Source: Trichoplax adhaerens (Eukaryota > Animalia > Placozoa). Taken from it: a stretch of 64,000 nucleotides of DNA. Shown one piece after another: positions 26,472 through 40,200 of this stretch; positions within the stretch are counted from its first letter, which is position 1; every line of letters begins with the position of its first letter. Location: positions 1,784,772 through 1,848,771 of the forward strand of contig NW_002060948.1 in the NCBI RefSeq assembly GCF_000150275.1. Direction: 5' to 3'. The position numbers and the translations under genes were made by a program. The notes under the pieces are model-generated. The model was not told the DNA's origin. It did no database searches and worked only from the letters and a program-made list of their open reading frames with translations.

Positions 26472-28363
26472 TATTTCTTTAATCGTCTGAAACTTGTGGA
26501 ATTTATGAATGCAGGTTTTGTTTCTGTAATAGCTTTGTTCGATAATAAGTTCTCTGTACTATGGTATATTATATTTTATACATACTTATTCTATATATAT
26601 ATACTCGTATATAGGCAGATTGTTAAAGTACCGATTGTATTTCTGTATACTGCTTGCAATAGTACACAAGCTATGATTATGGAAATTATAGAATTGCTTT
26701 TCCACAAAGATCCAGTGGGTTAATGACATAATTTGAATAGTAGCATACCTTCATTTATCAAAACCATTCTGGTATTAAGAATGACATACTTTCCGCTTTG
26801 TGTACAAACGAATTTTGTTACATTTTGTTAACAGCACTATACGCGTACGTAGTACCGGACTTTATATCATTTTTCTTGTATTGCAGTTTACACTTTCTAC
26901 GCTCTGTTTACATTATGGTCATTAGAATCTTGATAGATTTAAGTATCCTACTTGCGCTATAAATAACGTACAATTAAATAATCAATTGCGATTGAATTGA
27001 TTGTACTATGTACAGTATCCTAAGATTGCATCTAATTTTAGTATTGTTAGGGTTGAAGGTATTCCTAGGCAAGCATACGCTTAGAATACTCATATAACAA
27101 ATTAAGCAATTCTGTTAATATTTCCCGCCAAGATATTAGTTGTGTATAACGTATTAACTATAGTTACGATTTAAGCTTGGATTGAATCTATAGAATACGC
27201 AGCGATAGTATACTTCATGCAGTAGTTTAAAGTGCAAAAGTTGCTCTGTCTTTATATAACAAATGGAATTGTGTTTTTCCTTTATCCATGTTATTGATTC
27301 ATTGATAACGGACCATTTAGCATTTTACACATCCATAAAATACTATGAAGTAAATAAATTGTGAATGCTATCGTATTATTATTGTAAGTAATGATGCTGT
27401 AATTAACGAGATTGTATTGTTAGTAACAGGTCATATTGGGCCTAACGGGTTTCTCAGTTTTACCCAATAAATTTATTTTTATTTCATTGATAGTAACTGC
27501 GGAGCAAGCACACATTGCAATCGATTTTCTATCCTTTCATCCTCAAGCGTAATTTAAATATCATGTTGTTTGAAAGGGTTGCTATTTTATTCTATCACCT
27601 ACAGTTGTGTATGCCGGGAATATTTGTATTTTATAGAAATAGATGTTCTACATATTGCAGGAGCGACAAGTTAGTTACAATACCATGATAACCGTAGTCA
27701 ATTTTCCGATTTTCCTTCTTCGCTCATATACTCGTATAAGTGTTCAGAACTGGTCGATGACGAGTAATCTGCCTTAATACATAGACTCCTCGACTCTAGT
27801 GTGAAGAAAGAGATGATTTCATTGAAGTTGTGCGCGACTTTCTATACCTTACTTATGTATACCAGTAACACTTCTATTTCGTTAGAATATCATTATAAGG
27901 GGATGCTCGATTCTATAATTGTCTTATTTTACTTAATTAAGTAATATTTCACGTTATCAATGTTCTTGAAGGAGTAGAAGTGATTACGAAATATTGACAC
28001 AGAAGATTTGATACTGACTGGAAGTAACTTAATTTTCGAAATTTCTACCCATTTGATCGAAAAGTCTGTCCGTCTGAGAGTTTCCTTCTACAGTCGTGCA
28101 TTATGTCTATTGTAAGGGTCAGAGCAGGGACTACTCGACCTATATCATGGATCTCTCGAATCGAGGGATTCTACAGGTCCATGCCCATATTCACTCACTT
28201 TCACCCCGTTACAGTCCTCCTCAGACAAAATTGGATTTTCAACTGTTTTGCCTCTTCCCTACCTTAGTCAAAATTCAGCCGATTTTCTAGTAAAAAAGAA
28301 AGCCATAGCATGACCAATTGGCCATAAACACTGCTATTTAGTTGTCCAAGGTAGTGTACAGCG

Positions 28364-28664
28364 ACAGGACCAGTACAGAACCACTTCATTGCGTCTAGCC
28401 ATTTGTCCTGACGTCCTGACTTCCGTCAACTTGAGTGTAAAAGAGAGAAGAGTAGTACCAGTACAGTACCAGATCCGTCCCAGTACAGGACCAGTACAGA
28501 ACCACTTCATTGCGTCTAGCCGCTTGTCCTGACGTCCTGACTTCCGTAAACTTGGGTGTAAAAGAGGGAAGTGTAGTACCAGTACAGTACCAGTACAGTA
28601 CCAGTACATGGCAGCTTGCCGCTTGTCCTAACTTTCGTCAACTTGAGTGTAAAAACAGAGGAAG
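28364..28664. repeat. GTAC-rich tandem repeat (2 x 121 bp plus a partial copy) in the NUDT14 promoter region
   Basis: The unit acaggaccagtacagaaccacttcattgcgtctagcc...cctgacgtcctgacttccgt.aacttg.gtgtaaaagag starts at 28364 and 28485, with a partial third copy at ~28618-28664. Confidence 0.85.
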
Positions 28665-29142
28665 AGAAAATCTTTCATACAGAGTGCTGGACGCTACCGC
28701 GTACATCAGTAGTAGCCCTTACATAACTTTAGGGGTCAGCAGAGGTTGACGTTGAAGCAGCATGTGCTTGCTGGTCCGGTCTGCCCACATGCGTAGACAG
28801 CCCCCCCACGATCCACTTCCAAGCCATACTGTAGCCTATAGTTGTAATCACCGCGGAAGGGTGGCACTATTAAGGCGCGGCGACCTCATCTGGCGTTCTT
28901 GCATACTAGGTCTCGAGGTCTAGCAAACTGATTTGCTTCGCCATTCATTCAATTTTGTCTTTCCACTGTAGTCTAGGCTAAAATCTTGATTGATTCTCCA
29001 TTTTTATCGACTACCAACACATTGGACAAGGTGCAATACAACCCAATTTATGTGATACCCTGGTAATCCATTGAAATCAAGTACGAAATTGGGGTTCAAT
29101 TGGACCTGACTGCAGTGAACAGAATTCTCGGACAGAGGCAAA

Positions 29143-32100
29143 ATGGATCAAATTCGAAATGTCATCGTTGGCCCTTGCGGCGATTCTGCATTTGTTAAAC
29201 CACGTAGATTAACATTTGAACAAGTAAGTGAGGACTGCTTCCATGACCAAAATAATTGAAAATCGAGAACAAGTTGTGTATAGGCTTGTCACGTTTAGTT
29301 GTGTAGCCGTTGATGTTGTTGATGTTCTGGATATTGACGCTGGAGGAGGAGGATGATGAATTTGGTTAGTATCGAAAATACGCCTAATGTTGGTGCCACC
29401 AACATATTACTTGTACGAGATGGTCGAAAAAATGGCCTACAGCAGAGCTCCATTTACTGTAGTAATATTGTGCCACTCTCTTCCACTTTACTGAACTAAT
29501 TTGATTTCGTACCTGACTTGAATCGTGTCAAAGGATAGGAGATCCATGATGTTGATTGGGAATACTGTACTTGCACCCGCCTGGGCATCACCATCAAAAA
29601 TCAAAAGCTGGCTAGTCGATATACACTGCACTCTCAGGTCTCAACCATGACTTGTACTGTTTACAAGGACTCTTGATTTGATGCTTGTGGAATAAATGAC
29701 TTGTAGGACATGCAATCATGTTGTTTTCCATCTTATAGTACACGTTTATCCACATTCCTTGCTGTATAAAAGAGTTTTCACGTTGATCCTGTGGAGCTTT
29801 TTAGTCTAGCAATTCTCCATGCATACGCTTGGCATGATTTGCATGTTAAATTAGATACTCAACGCTCTCAGTTTTACAGTATACGGCCGGAATAAATGAC
29901 TTGTGGGACGTAGAATCACCTTTTTTCCATCTTATTTTTCACGTTATCTACTTTCCTTGTTGTGTAGAAGAGTTCTCCGTTTGATACGGTAAAAGTTTTT
30001 TGTAGAGCAATTCTATATACAAGACGTACAATCACGTTTTTACCACCTTATTTTCCATGTCGTCAACTTAGCTGTCGAGAAGAGCTCTCTCACTTTGATG
30101 CTCGTAGAATGAATGATTTGAACGACGTGCAATCACGCTTTTCCACCTTATTTTTCATGTCATCAACTTTCCTTAAGAGCTCTCAGTTTGATGCTTATGG
30201 AATAAGTCAAGAAGTCAAAAGTATACGCGTGTATTACGCCATCCAATTTGGTAAATGCTGTAAAGAGAGAAATAACGCTAATCCTCTTCTAGATAGGCTA
30301 AGCGATATGTTATAGACGATATACACCGCCATTGTTATGCCACAATATTTGCATTTATATGCGTCAATATATTTCATCATAACACATCCATTCTAGGGTA
30401 ATAGCCGTCAGGAATCCATGAATGTCTTTATACTTACATAAATAATTTTATACTTTTCTTGTAGAACGGAAGGAAAAGGCAATGGGATTATATCATTATG
30501 CACGACAGGTAGGGTCCAAAATTTCATTACAGTATATGGAAACAATCATAGATTAACTCAGTTAAGCCTTATACTTTATAGGATAAAAAGGAGATTATTT
30601 TTAAAATTTCATCGAGAAACACTTTTTGTTTCTTAAACTTGCATGCGATCTTGACTAGAACAAGGTCAAATTAGATTCTTTACTAAATCAGTAACATTTT
30701 TATCTCGTTATATGCATAGCGTTATAATAGAATGCTTGAAAATGTTGTAATTTTGGCTAGCATGACTTAGCCATGACATAGATCTGAAAATTATACGAAG
30801 ATGTATTCGTATTGTGTGTCATTATATATACAATGATAAGAAGATAATTGCTAATGGCTATTTTCTTGATTACTACCTTAATATAAACTGGTCAGCGTAT
30901 CCATCCTGCTGTTGAATACTACCAGACAAGCTTTTATTTTGGTGAAACAATTGAGACCAGGTAATGTATAATACGGTCTTTATAAGTTAAATATTGGATG
31001 CGCAGCTTAGTTAAAATTCAGTTCTGGATCGTTTTTAACACATTGATGTTGCAGCGATACTGTAGAACCTACAGTAGTTCCTGGTAATTCCTTCATGTTA
31101 ATATTATACTTACTAGTTGAAACCTCTGATCTTGATACTTCGCATTAATCATGCTCGTTAATAAGCAAATTTAAACTATTTGACATTGATATCATGGAAG
31201 TTAGTGTTTTAAGTTAATGATAGGGCTGTCTTGATGAACCATTCGATACATTAGCAGTTGTCAAGACTGTAATTGTTAAGCATTTCAACGATTTGACTGT
31301 AAAATGCCGCAAGGTAGTATAATATTTATAATAGTTCTGCCATTAAGCAAACAAATTAATTCATTACAAACCATCAACAAAGTTTTAATTACTGTAATTG
31401 ACATTCATATTTCACAAGTAATACCATATCATCACTGCATTAACAAACAAAGTGATACCGTAGCAGTCATCAATAACATGATCAACTTTTAATTACTTGA
31501 CATTCTATCTCGTAATGCATAGCATGATGATAATGAGCCATTGAGCACCTTAATGGTCACCTTTAAATAATATTCTTGTTACCGTATAATGTTAATATCT
31601 CATAAATTAATGCATGATGGAACCGTCATTGATAACAAACTGCAGCCGAACCCATAAAATGATTAACCCTTTGACACCGTTATCTCGTAAGATAATAGCA
31701 TGATATATTGCAACGTTGAATAAATTGATACTCTAGAATCAGTAGCATGCCTAGGAATTGTTAGTAATCAATTTACCTTTCAATATCATCCCAATAGCCA
31801 CGCATTTATTTAAGAAATTGCAATTTTCTTGATAATTTCCATTAGTCCTCTTTCCATATCTACATGGAGACGAGATACCATCGCTCTTAAATGACAAAGA
31901 TGCCCAACCGAGACGTGAATTGCCAATGGAAATAGCTAATAATGCTATTACTTATGAATTATGTTCTGGTATTGTCGATAAAGATAAATCACTAGTTAAA
32001 ATTGCGCAAGATGAGATTCTCGAAGAATGCGGTTACTTCATCCCTGAAGATAAAATTCATCGGATTACTTCCGGTCGTCGTGTTGGCACTTCGGGTTGTA

Positions 32101-32339
32101 AGCAAACATACTTTTACGCAGAATGTACAGACGATATGATAGTTAGTTCTGGTGGCGGTGTTGAAGCTGAAGGTGAAATGATTGATGTTTATTATTTACC
32201 CATAGATGAAGCTAGAGAGTTTATTTTCGATGATAGTCTAATTAAGCCAGCTGGTTTAATCATGGCATTTCTATGGTTTTTTCAGTATTCACCAAATTTG
32301 AATGGTATTAATGACTTTGTTAATGCTAAAAATAAGTAG
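29143..32339 (+). CDS. NUDT14: Nudix hydrolase 14 (UDP-glucose pyrophosphatase), 4 coding exons
   Basis: Exons 29143-29223 (MDQIRNV...FVKPRRLTFEQ), 30465-30508 (NGRKRQWDYIIMHDS), 30896-30960 (VSILLLN...LVKQLRP) and 31846-32339 (TYELCSGIVDK..IAQDEILEECGY Nudix box; VGTSG.KQT.FYAE; GGG...EGEMIDV). All are GT-AG and phase-compatible. Confidence 0.93.
29668..30205. repeat. Degenerate tandem repeat (~100-200 bp period, about 4 copies) in NUDT14 intron 1
   Basis: Recurrent ggaataaatgacttgt..gac.tgcaatcac...ttttcca.cttatttt.ca.g...aagag.t.tc....ttgat blocks at ~29689, 29889, 30020 and 30106. Confidence 0.7.
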
Positions 32340-34293
32340 CGTATGCATATTGAAACCCTTTATGGTGTATCATTGTAATTACAATTCAACATTAGACTGA
32401 TGTACTTATTCTAATGCAATTAACTGTGCAACGATCTACATTTATAAAAGTATAGAAAAAATTGCGATATAATTTGAATATGTTTACGGTTAGGTTCCAA
32501 GTTCAACAGATATCATTGTCTAATTGTATATCACTAGTCCTGTAGTTAAATGACTTTATTATATTTATTTCGATTTGGTAACTAATAACTGAAATGAGAG
32601 CTGCTTGCTGTAATTGTCTTAAGAATAAGCTATTATCAAACCTTGTAAGTTCCTAACGAAATATTCAATTCATACAATGCTTATAGTGATGCAAAATATA
32701 TTCTTAATGTATTGCTGATTTAGGATTTATTTGTTTCAGCTAAAATCAGAAGACTACTGTACTTGCGTTTCCATTTGTTATGGACTACATCTTATTTGTA
32801 GCTTTATATCAAATTTTCATTTTAGATTTGCTACTGTTATAATAATTAAGCAAAGCAGTCGATGTTGAGTTAGATGCATACGTGTTCTTGTATATAATTT
32901 CTTATTTAAATATATTCTGATTAATTATTATTATCAATTTTTACGCTAAACGTTAGCTGTCTGATATATTGCGGTCTAAGCGGTATAAAATCCATACTAC
33001 TAGCATTAACTATAATTTACATCAGTAGGCAGAATCATTTCACTTTAAACAATTTATTTCGGAATTTTATATGAAAATTGATTATGATTACGTTGATAGC
33101 ATACTGTATCATGATTGTCTTATTTGCAAATTGGATTAAAAAAGATAGCAATCAAGTTAAGTCATAAATAACGGACGACTATCGACTTTAATTTGTCAGT
33201 AATAACGTGGGAAGATCACCCTATGATAACTATATATTTCATTATTTGTAGTTTATTCTTGCATGCTCTATTTCATTGCTGATTGGATTTACAAAGGTCA
33301 GTTATTACGTTATCGCTAATAAAGTATAAGCAGTAATGATTATATTGATACTGAGAGTTTTTAAGTTATTACATTTACTAGATATTGTTAAAAGTCATGC
33401 AGTAAATGAAGTTGATACCTGGATCTGTAAGATATACTAAAACGATACTCATGGCTTAATTAACCGATCACTCACGATATTAGCAAGGATCAATTTAAAC
33501 ATAGTTAGGAATTTAACTATTAATAATTTCTAGTCTAAATAAATATAACTGCCAAAACAGTACGATAAGATAGTATTTGGTAACCATAGACGATTTAAAT
33601 TATGCATTCTATTGGCATTGTTAATAAATAGTTTATCGATCATTTCCTAATTGAAATCAATCCGGAAAATATAGTATAACTAGCAATACTCATGCAGGGT
33701 AACTACAATTCAAGCAAGGAATTCAACAGTTATTTGCCAATCCTTCCGTAATGGTTGCGATCAAGTATTTCATGAATATTTTACAATAAAACCATAACCG
33801 ACTTGTGCTCCTTGCCATGGTCAATCAAGATGAAATGAAGACTAGAAAGAAATTTCTAGTATAATAGTAGCTTAATGATAAAGAACATTTATAGGGAAAA
33901 TTATAATAGATTTACATCTCTACCTAGTATGTTTTATATATCTTATAGTATCGATACAACAACATTCATATCTTGGATTTTAATTTTAAACATTTCTATA
34001 AGGCAGTTACATAATAGTATTTACAATACATGCAACAATTATATTATATACCTTGATTGTAAAAATTGTTTAATATTTACTCTGAGAGGAAATAGCTAAT
34101 AGATAGTCTATACAGATAAATGAAACATTCATTAGTTGTTTATATATATATATAATTATGATTCATGTTTTATATACAAATATTCGTTAGAAAACACCAT
34201 CAAGCGTATGCGTAAGCTAAAACTATAAGTAACAAATTTCATCAGAAAATACCGCTTTCTGTTCCGGATAAGACTACAAATTTAATTCAATGG

Positions 34294-37200
34294 TTAAGTA
34301 TAATTTGTTAATCGTTCGTATATATGGTCATCTTGCTCGTTACGTTGATTAACTGTTGCTTGGTGAGTTTGAGAATTGCGTCGGCTATTAGATGGTCGGT
34401 AATACAGGGAATCATAAACATGTACCGATGAATCATCCGTTTGATCAAAGTTCGGATTAATATAAGCACCTGAAGAATCTTCCTTTAGTTCAAACTCCAT
34501 AATAGAATCTACATCCCCTTCCTCAGAACTAACCGATATTCGGAATTCGTTGGATCTTGTAGTAGCGTTTGAGACTGTATTATCATCTTCATCTGAATCG
34601 GATTCAAGGTGTTGATATTCACCATGAAGTGAAAAAATTGGATTACGATAAGGTTGAATCTTTTCCCGATCATGATTAACTCTACGTTTACGAAAGAGTA
34701 AGCTTTTAAACGTCATTTTTCGTCTTCTGTGGACACAAGTATAATAGGTTGCTAGTAACGCAATGAGTATACTCCCACCCAGTCCAAAGATAATGAAAAG
34801 CATGATGGAATGGGATTCTATTTCCAGAAAGCGGAAGGAAATAGTGTAAATTACTATTCTTAAGTACTGAAGCTATTTAGAATTTGATCATACTATTACC
34901 TCCTTTCTCTTATATGAAATTTACTAGGTTAATGTATAGAAATAAAATAATTTTAAAGTTTACTACATGCATGCTACTACAGTAAATTAAGTTAGTGCTT
35001 ATTTTACTTTCAAATCATTTTTCTCCTAGGATAACGACATGCGATGATTTTGTCAATGTTGAAATATTTTCGTTAACGTACCTTGGCCAGTGTGTTTTAG
35101 CGTACCAATAGATGATAGGCTCAATGACTTAGATGCAGAAGTGGAAAATAAACCTGTTTGAAGAATTTTAACATTATTATAAATGTTACTAAGAAATAAA
35201 TGTAATTAAAATAGTTAGAACTATCACGGTACAAACGGTAAACATCGTCTACCTTTAACTTTAAATGAATAGGTTGCATAATGAACGAAATATTACGGCT
35301 ATATCTTAACGAAGAAACCGTTTCTCTCAATATCATAGACAAGCTACTACATAATATTAATGAAAAGATTTTCTAAATTTATCTGTATCTAAACTTTAAA
35401 ATATTAATTAAGGATGATTATATTTTTATTTTAGTGTTAAATAGATCTAGTTATATAAGCTAATCTTTCTCTCTTTTTATTTAGTTACCATATTTAACAC
35501 GTATTGCAAGATAACGTTTACTAAATTATTCTAATTTCTATAAATACAGCATTTTAGATACGTGTATATTCTCTTTAATTTTCTTGTGCCTTCTTTTGAC
35601 TATAACAAACGTAAATAATATTTGCCTCATTCTAATTTTATATAGATGCGCTACAGTACAGTAGATATATTACTTACAGTATTTGCATACGCTAGTTTGA
35701 TTATAAATATTGCAATATGAAGGTCAAATTACATTCTAATATTAAATGCCGCTACTAAATCATTTATCCAAATTCTCTACGTCTACATGTAATTGTAAAA
35801 TAATAAGTATGCTCATTTTATTATGAAAGATTGATCAAGATATACTTGCCATACTGTAATTTTCAGTAACGTAATTAGGTATTCGTCTCATATCTCTACA
35901 TAAGTTTAATTGTATCTTATGCCAGGACATGTTTATCCGTTCTATGTATTACTAGATATTTTATGGCAATTTTTGTTTATGTAATTGCATCTTTGCAGAA
36001 CTTAGTAGCACTCAGAACTATAAAATAATTTCTATAGAAACTAACCTTGCTGGCATAATTCTCCAATGTATCCATCGCGACATTGGCAAGTATAGTTACT
36101 TTTACCCTCTAAGCAAGTTCCACCGTTGCTACACGGATTTGGATCACATCTTTTTATTGCTGTTAAAAATGAAAACAGTTTAACAAATGTAAGATTCAAT
36201 TTGTAGCTAGTGATTCCAACAGTTCACAAGAAGAATTTAATTGGTATATGAATACAAAAAAAACAAATATGTAATCTCATACCTCTTTGACATAACAGCC
36301 CCGTATAACCGGGATCGCAGTTACATTTATATCCATCTGTAAGGCTAATGCAAGTACCATAATCACCACATGCCAATGAAGGAATCAGCATGGTGCCATT
36401 AGATGTAGAACAATAATCAATTCCTATATTTCAAGTACGAAACAACAGAAATAAAAGTTAGCTATTAAGCTTGGCAATTAATAAATTGATCGTTAAAAAC
36501 AAATGGATATGGAATAGTTAAAAAGGACTAACTTTGTTCACAAAATCGGCTAGTAAATTCTTCTGTACATTTGCAGATATAACCGTTAAACTCATCTATA
36601 CAACTAGCACCATTTTGGCATTGATTTGCAAGACACTCGTCAACTTCAAGGCTGCAATCATTTGTTGTCCAGCCAGGTGGGCAATGGCATGTATAACCAT
36701 TAATTTCATCACGGCATGTAGCATTATTAAAGCATGGCATTGAAGAACATTCGTTCATATTAATTTGGCAATGAACACCAGTATAACCCAATCGACATGA
36801 ACACTGATATTGGTTGATTAAGTTATGACAAGTTGCACCATGTTGGCAAGGTTGATTGGCTACTTGGCATTCATCAATATCAGTTTGACAATGGCTTCCA
36901 GTAAATCCAGGCCTAAATATGATTTAATTAATTATACAATGCAGTATTATCCATTATAAACAAGTTTTATTGGAAATGGGCTTCAATTTTTTGGTACGAT
37001 CTACAACTTTCTCAGTAATTTAATGCCATCCATTACAAATTTACATAATTTAGCACACTGTTAAGTCTGACTAAATCTATTCTCATTGCAATATGTATCC
37101 TATGCAATATTATGTGCTATACGGCAATGTTAAATAATACATAAGTTGTTCCTATTTTGTGGTCTAATTTACCTGCATTGGCAATGATAACCATTAATGG

Positions 37201-40200
37201 AATCATTACATGTGGCATAATTGAGACATGGGTTGGATTGACATTCGTTGATTTCCAACTGGCAACGAATACCGTGGTAGCCAGATTGGCAATGGCATTG
37301 ATAGCCATCAACTAAATCAGTGCAATTACCGTTATGAAGACAAGGTTGACTAAGGCATTGATTAATGTTGGTCTCGCAATGGAGACCAGTAAAATCTTGA
37401 TGGCATAAGCAATGGTAACTGTCAACATTGTCCATACATGTGCCTTGATTTAAGCAAGGTTGGCTGTGACATTCATTGATATTAATTTCGCAGTGTCGAC
37501 CAGTAAAGCCAGATTGACATTGGCAAGAATAATTTGCTTGCAAATCGTGGCATTTGCCACCATTTAAGCAATAATTATCTTCATGAAGACATTCATTAAT
37601 ATCATTTTGGCATTGATTACCAACATAACCAGGTTGGCATTGGCATTGATAGCCGTTAATTAAATCGACGCATTGGCCACCATGTTGACATGGTAAAGAT
37701 GCACATTCGTTAATATTAACTTGACAGTTTCGATCGATAAAACCACGCTGGCAACGACAAATATATTGGCGGATTAAATCTTCACATTGGCCGTGAACAC
37801 AAGGTGAACTTAAGCATTCATTAATTTCATTTTGACAGCGTTGACCTTGATAACCAGTTCCATTACAATCACATCGATATTGATTAATGCCTTGATAGCA
37901 TAATCCACGATGTAAACATGGTGAACTTTGGCATTCATCAATATCATGTTGGCATTGCTTACCATCGTAACCTAATGGACACTGGCAGCTATAATCAGCT
38001 AATAAATCTTGGCAATGGCCACCATTTTGGCAAGGTCGGCTTTGGCATTCATCTATTTCAACATGGCAATTTCTACCGGTATAACCAGGTCGGCAATGGC
38101 ACTGATAGGAATGAATGCCATCAATGCAAATACCTCCATTTTGACATGGTTTGCTATGACATTCGTTAATGTTGATTTGGCAGTCAGATCCATTATAACC
38201 AGGCTGGCATTGGCAATGGTATCCTTGAGCAAGATCACTACATATACCACTGTGTTGGCATGGTGCATCAGCACAACTATCGATACAAGATTTGCCTTTA
38301 ATACCCCTAGGGCAATCGCATTGATAATCATCTACTAAATCGCTACATTTTGCATTAGAATGGCATGGATTAGGTGTACAATCGTCAATATTAATTTGGC
38401 AATTTTTGCCTGTATAACCTGCTTGGCATATGCATTGATATTGATTCAATAAATTTAAGCAAGTACCATTATGATGGCAGGTATGATATTGACATTCATC
38501 AATATCACTTTGGCAGTGGATACCTGTATAGCCAGGTTTGCATAAGCATCGATATTGATTGATTTGATCGATACATTGGCTATTATGGAGACATGGAGAG
38601 CTAGCGCATTCATCGATATTAATTTGACAATTTTGACCCATAAATCCAGCTGGACATTGGCATTGATATTGATTCACTAAATCTCGACATTGACCACCAT
38701 GATAACATGGTACTGATTGGCATTCATTGATATCACTTTGGCAACTATTACCTGTAAATCCTGGCCTACAATAGCATTGATAGCCATTTAACTGATCTTG
38801 GCATGTGCCATTATTTAAGCATGGTGAACTTGCACATTCATTAATTTCAGTTTGGCATGATTTACCCGTATAACCTGATTGGCATGAGCAATGATAATCA
38901 TTTACTAAATCACTGCAATTGCCATGAATGCATGGCGCTGAAAAACATTCATCGTGATTGATTTGGCAATTGAATCCGCCATAACCTGGTTGGCATGAGC
39001 ATCGATATGAATTCGCTAAATCATGGCACGTTGCTCCATGTTGACAAGGCTGAGAGCCGCACTCATTAATATCCAGCTCACATTTTTTACCTGTATAACC
39101 TTTTGCACATGCACATTGATAAAAGTTGAATTGATTGATGCAGATTGCATTATTTTGGCATGGATTACTGGTACATTCGTTGATATCTATATTACAACTT
39201 CGACCTTTTACTCCATCTGGACAATTGCAAGTGAAGTTATTAATTTCATCCTATGTATGGATAAAGATAAGAAATTTTATTAAGTTTGAGTCTTTCGGTT
39301 TATTTAAGGTGATCGCTTTCTTGTAGGTAGAGTAAGGCGCTCAAAGTATATCTTTATAACTGATTCAACTTCTACATTTAATCAGATGTAGGTTCATTTT
39401 TAACGACATTTTTTATCTGTTTGAGCAATAGTTTAAATGGTCTCAACTTTTAATAATCTAGTAACTATAGTTTTATGTAACAAGATATAGTTTTATAACG
39501 GTATTTTTGATCTGTTTAAGCTATAGTTCAATTAAATGATCTCACTTTTCAGCAATCTAGTAATAATGATTTTATGTTATAAGATATAGTTATATAGTTA
39601 TAGTTCTATTTTTGGCAGTATTTTTGATCTGTTTAAGTTATTGTTTACATGAATTCATTCTTCAGTAATCTAGTAATGATAATTTTATATAAAAGAGATT
39701 ATATACCTTACAAGTGCCATTATGATAGCAAGGATTAGGGGAGCAATCGTCGATATCTGTATTATTTTTTCAAATTGTGTTCAATATGAATTAATTAGAA
39801 ACTCTAGAAAATCCATACGGTATGTATAGTCATACGTGATATTTAAGTTAGTAAAAATTTGACTCTGTAATATGTTGAATTTATTACAATCTTACTTGTT
39901 TCACAATAATATCCAGTAAATCCTTGCAGGCATTGGCAACGATAATCATCCAGCAAATCGATACATTTTGCATTATTCTTGCATCGATGCTTAAGGCAAT
40001 CGTTAATATCTTAGGTTATAGGGAAGAAAAAATGAGTAAGATTCGTTTTTATAAATGATATAAAGTGGTAATAGACAATCATGGCGTATCCCTGACTAAC
40101 GGAAACTGTTGTAAATCTCTTAATCTATATACTTACTTTTCTGGCAGTGATCACCTTGAAACCCACTTCCCGTACAGTTACACGTATAACCATTAATGCC

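Noticed and set aside
27800-27856. Possible isolated exon CEERDDFIEVVRDFLYLTY
   Set aside because: Too short, with no flanking exons found.
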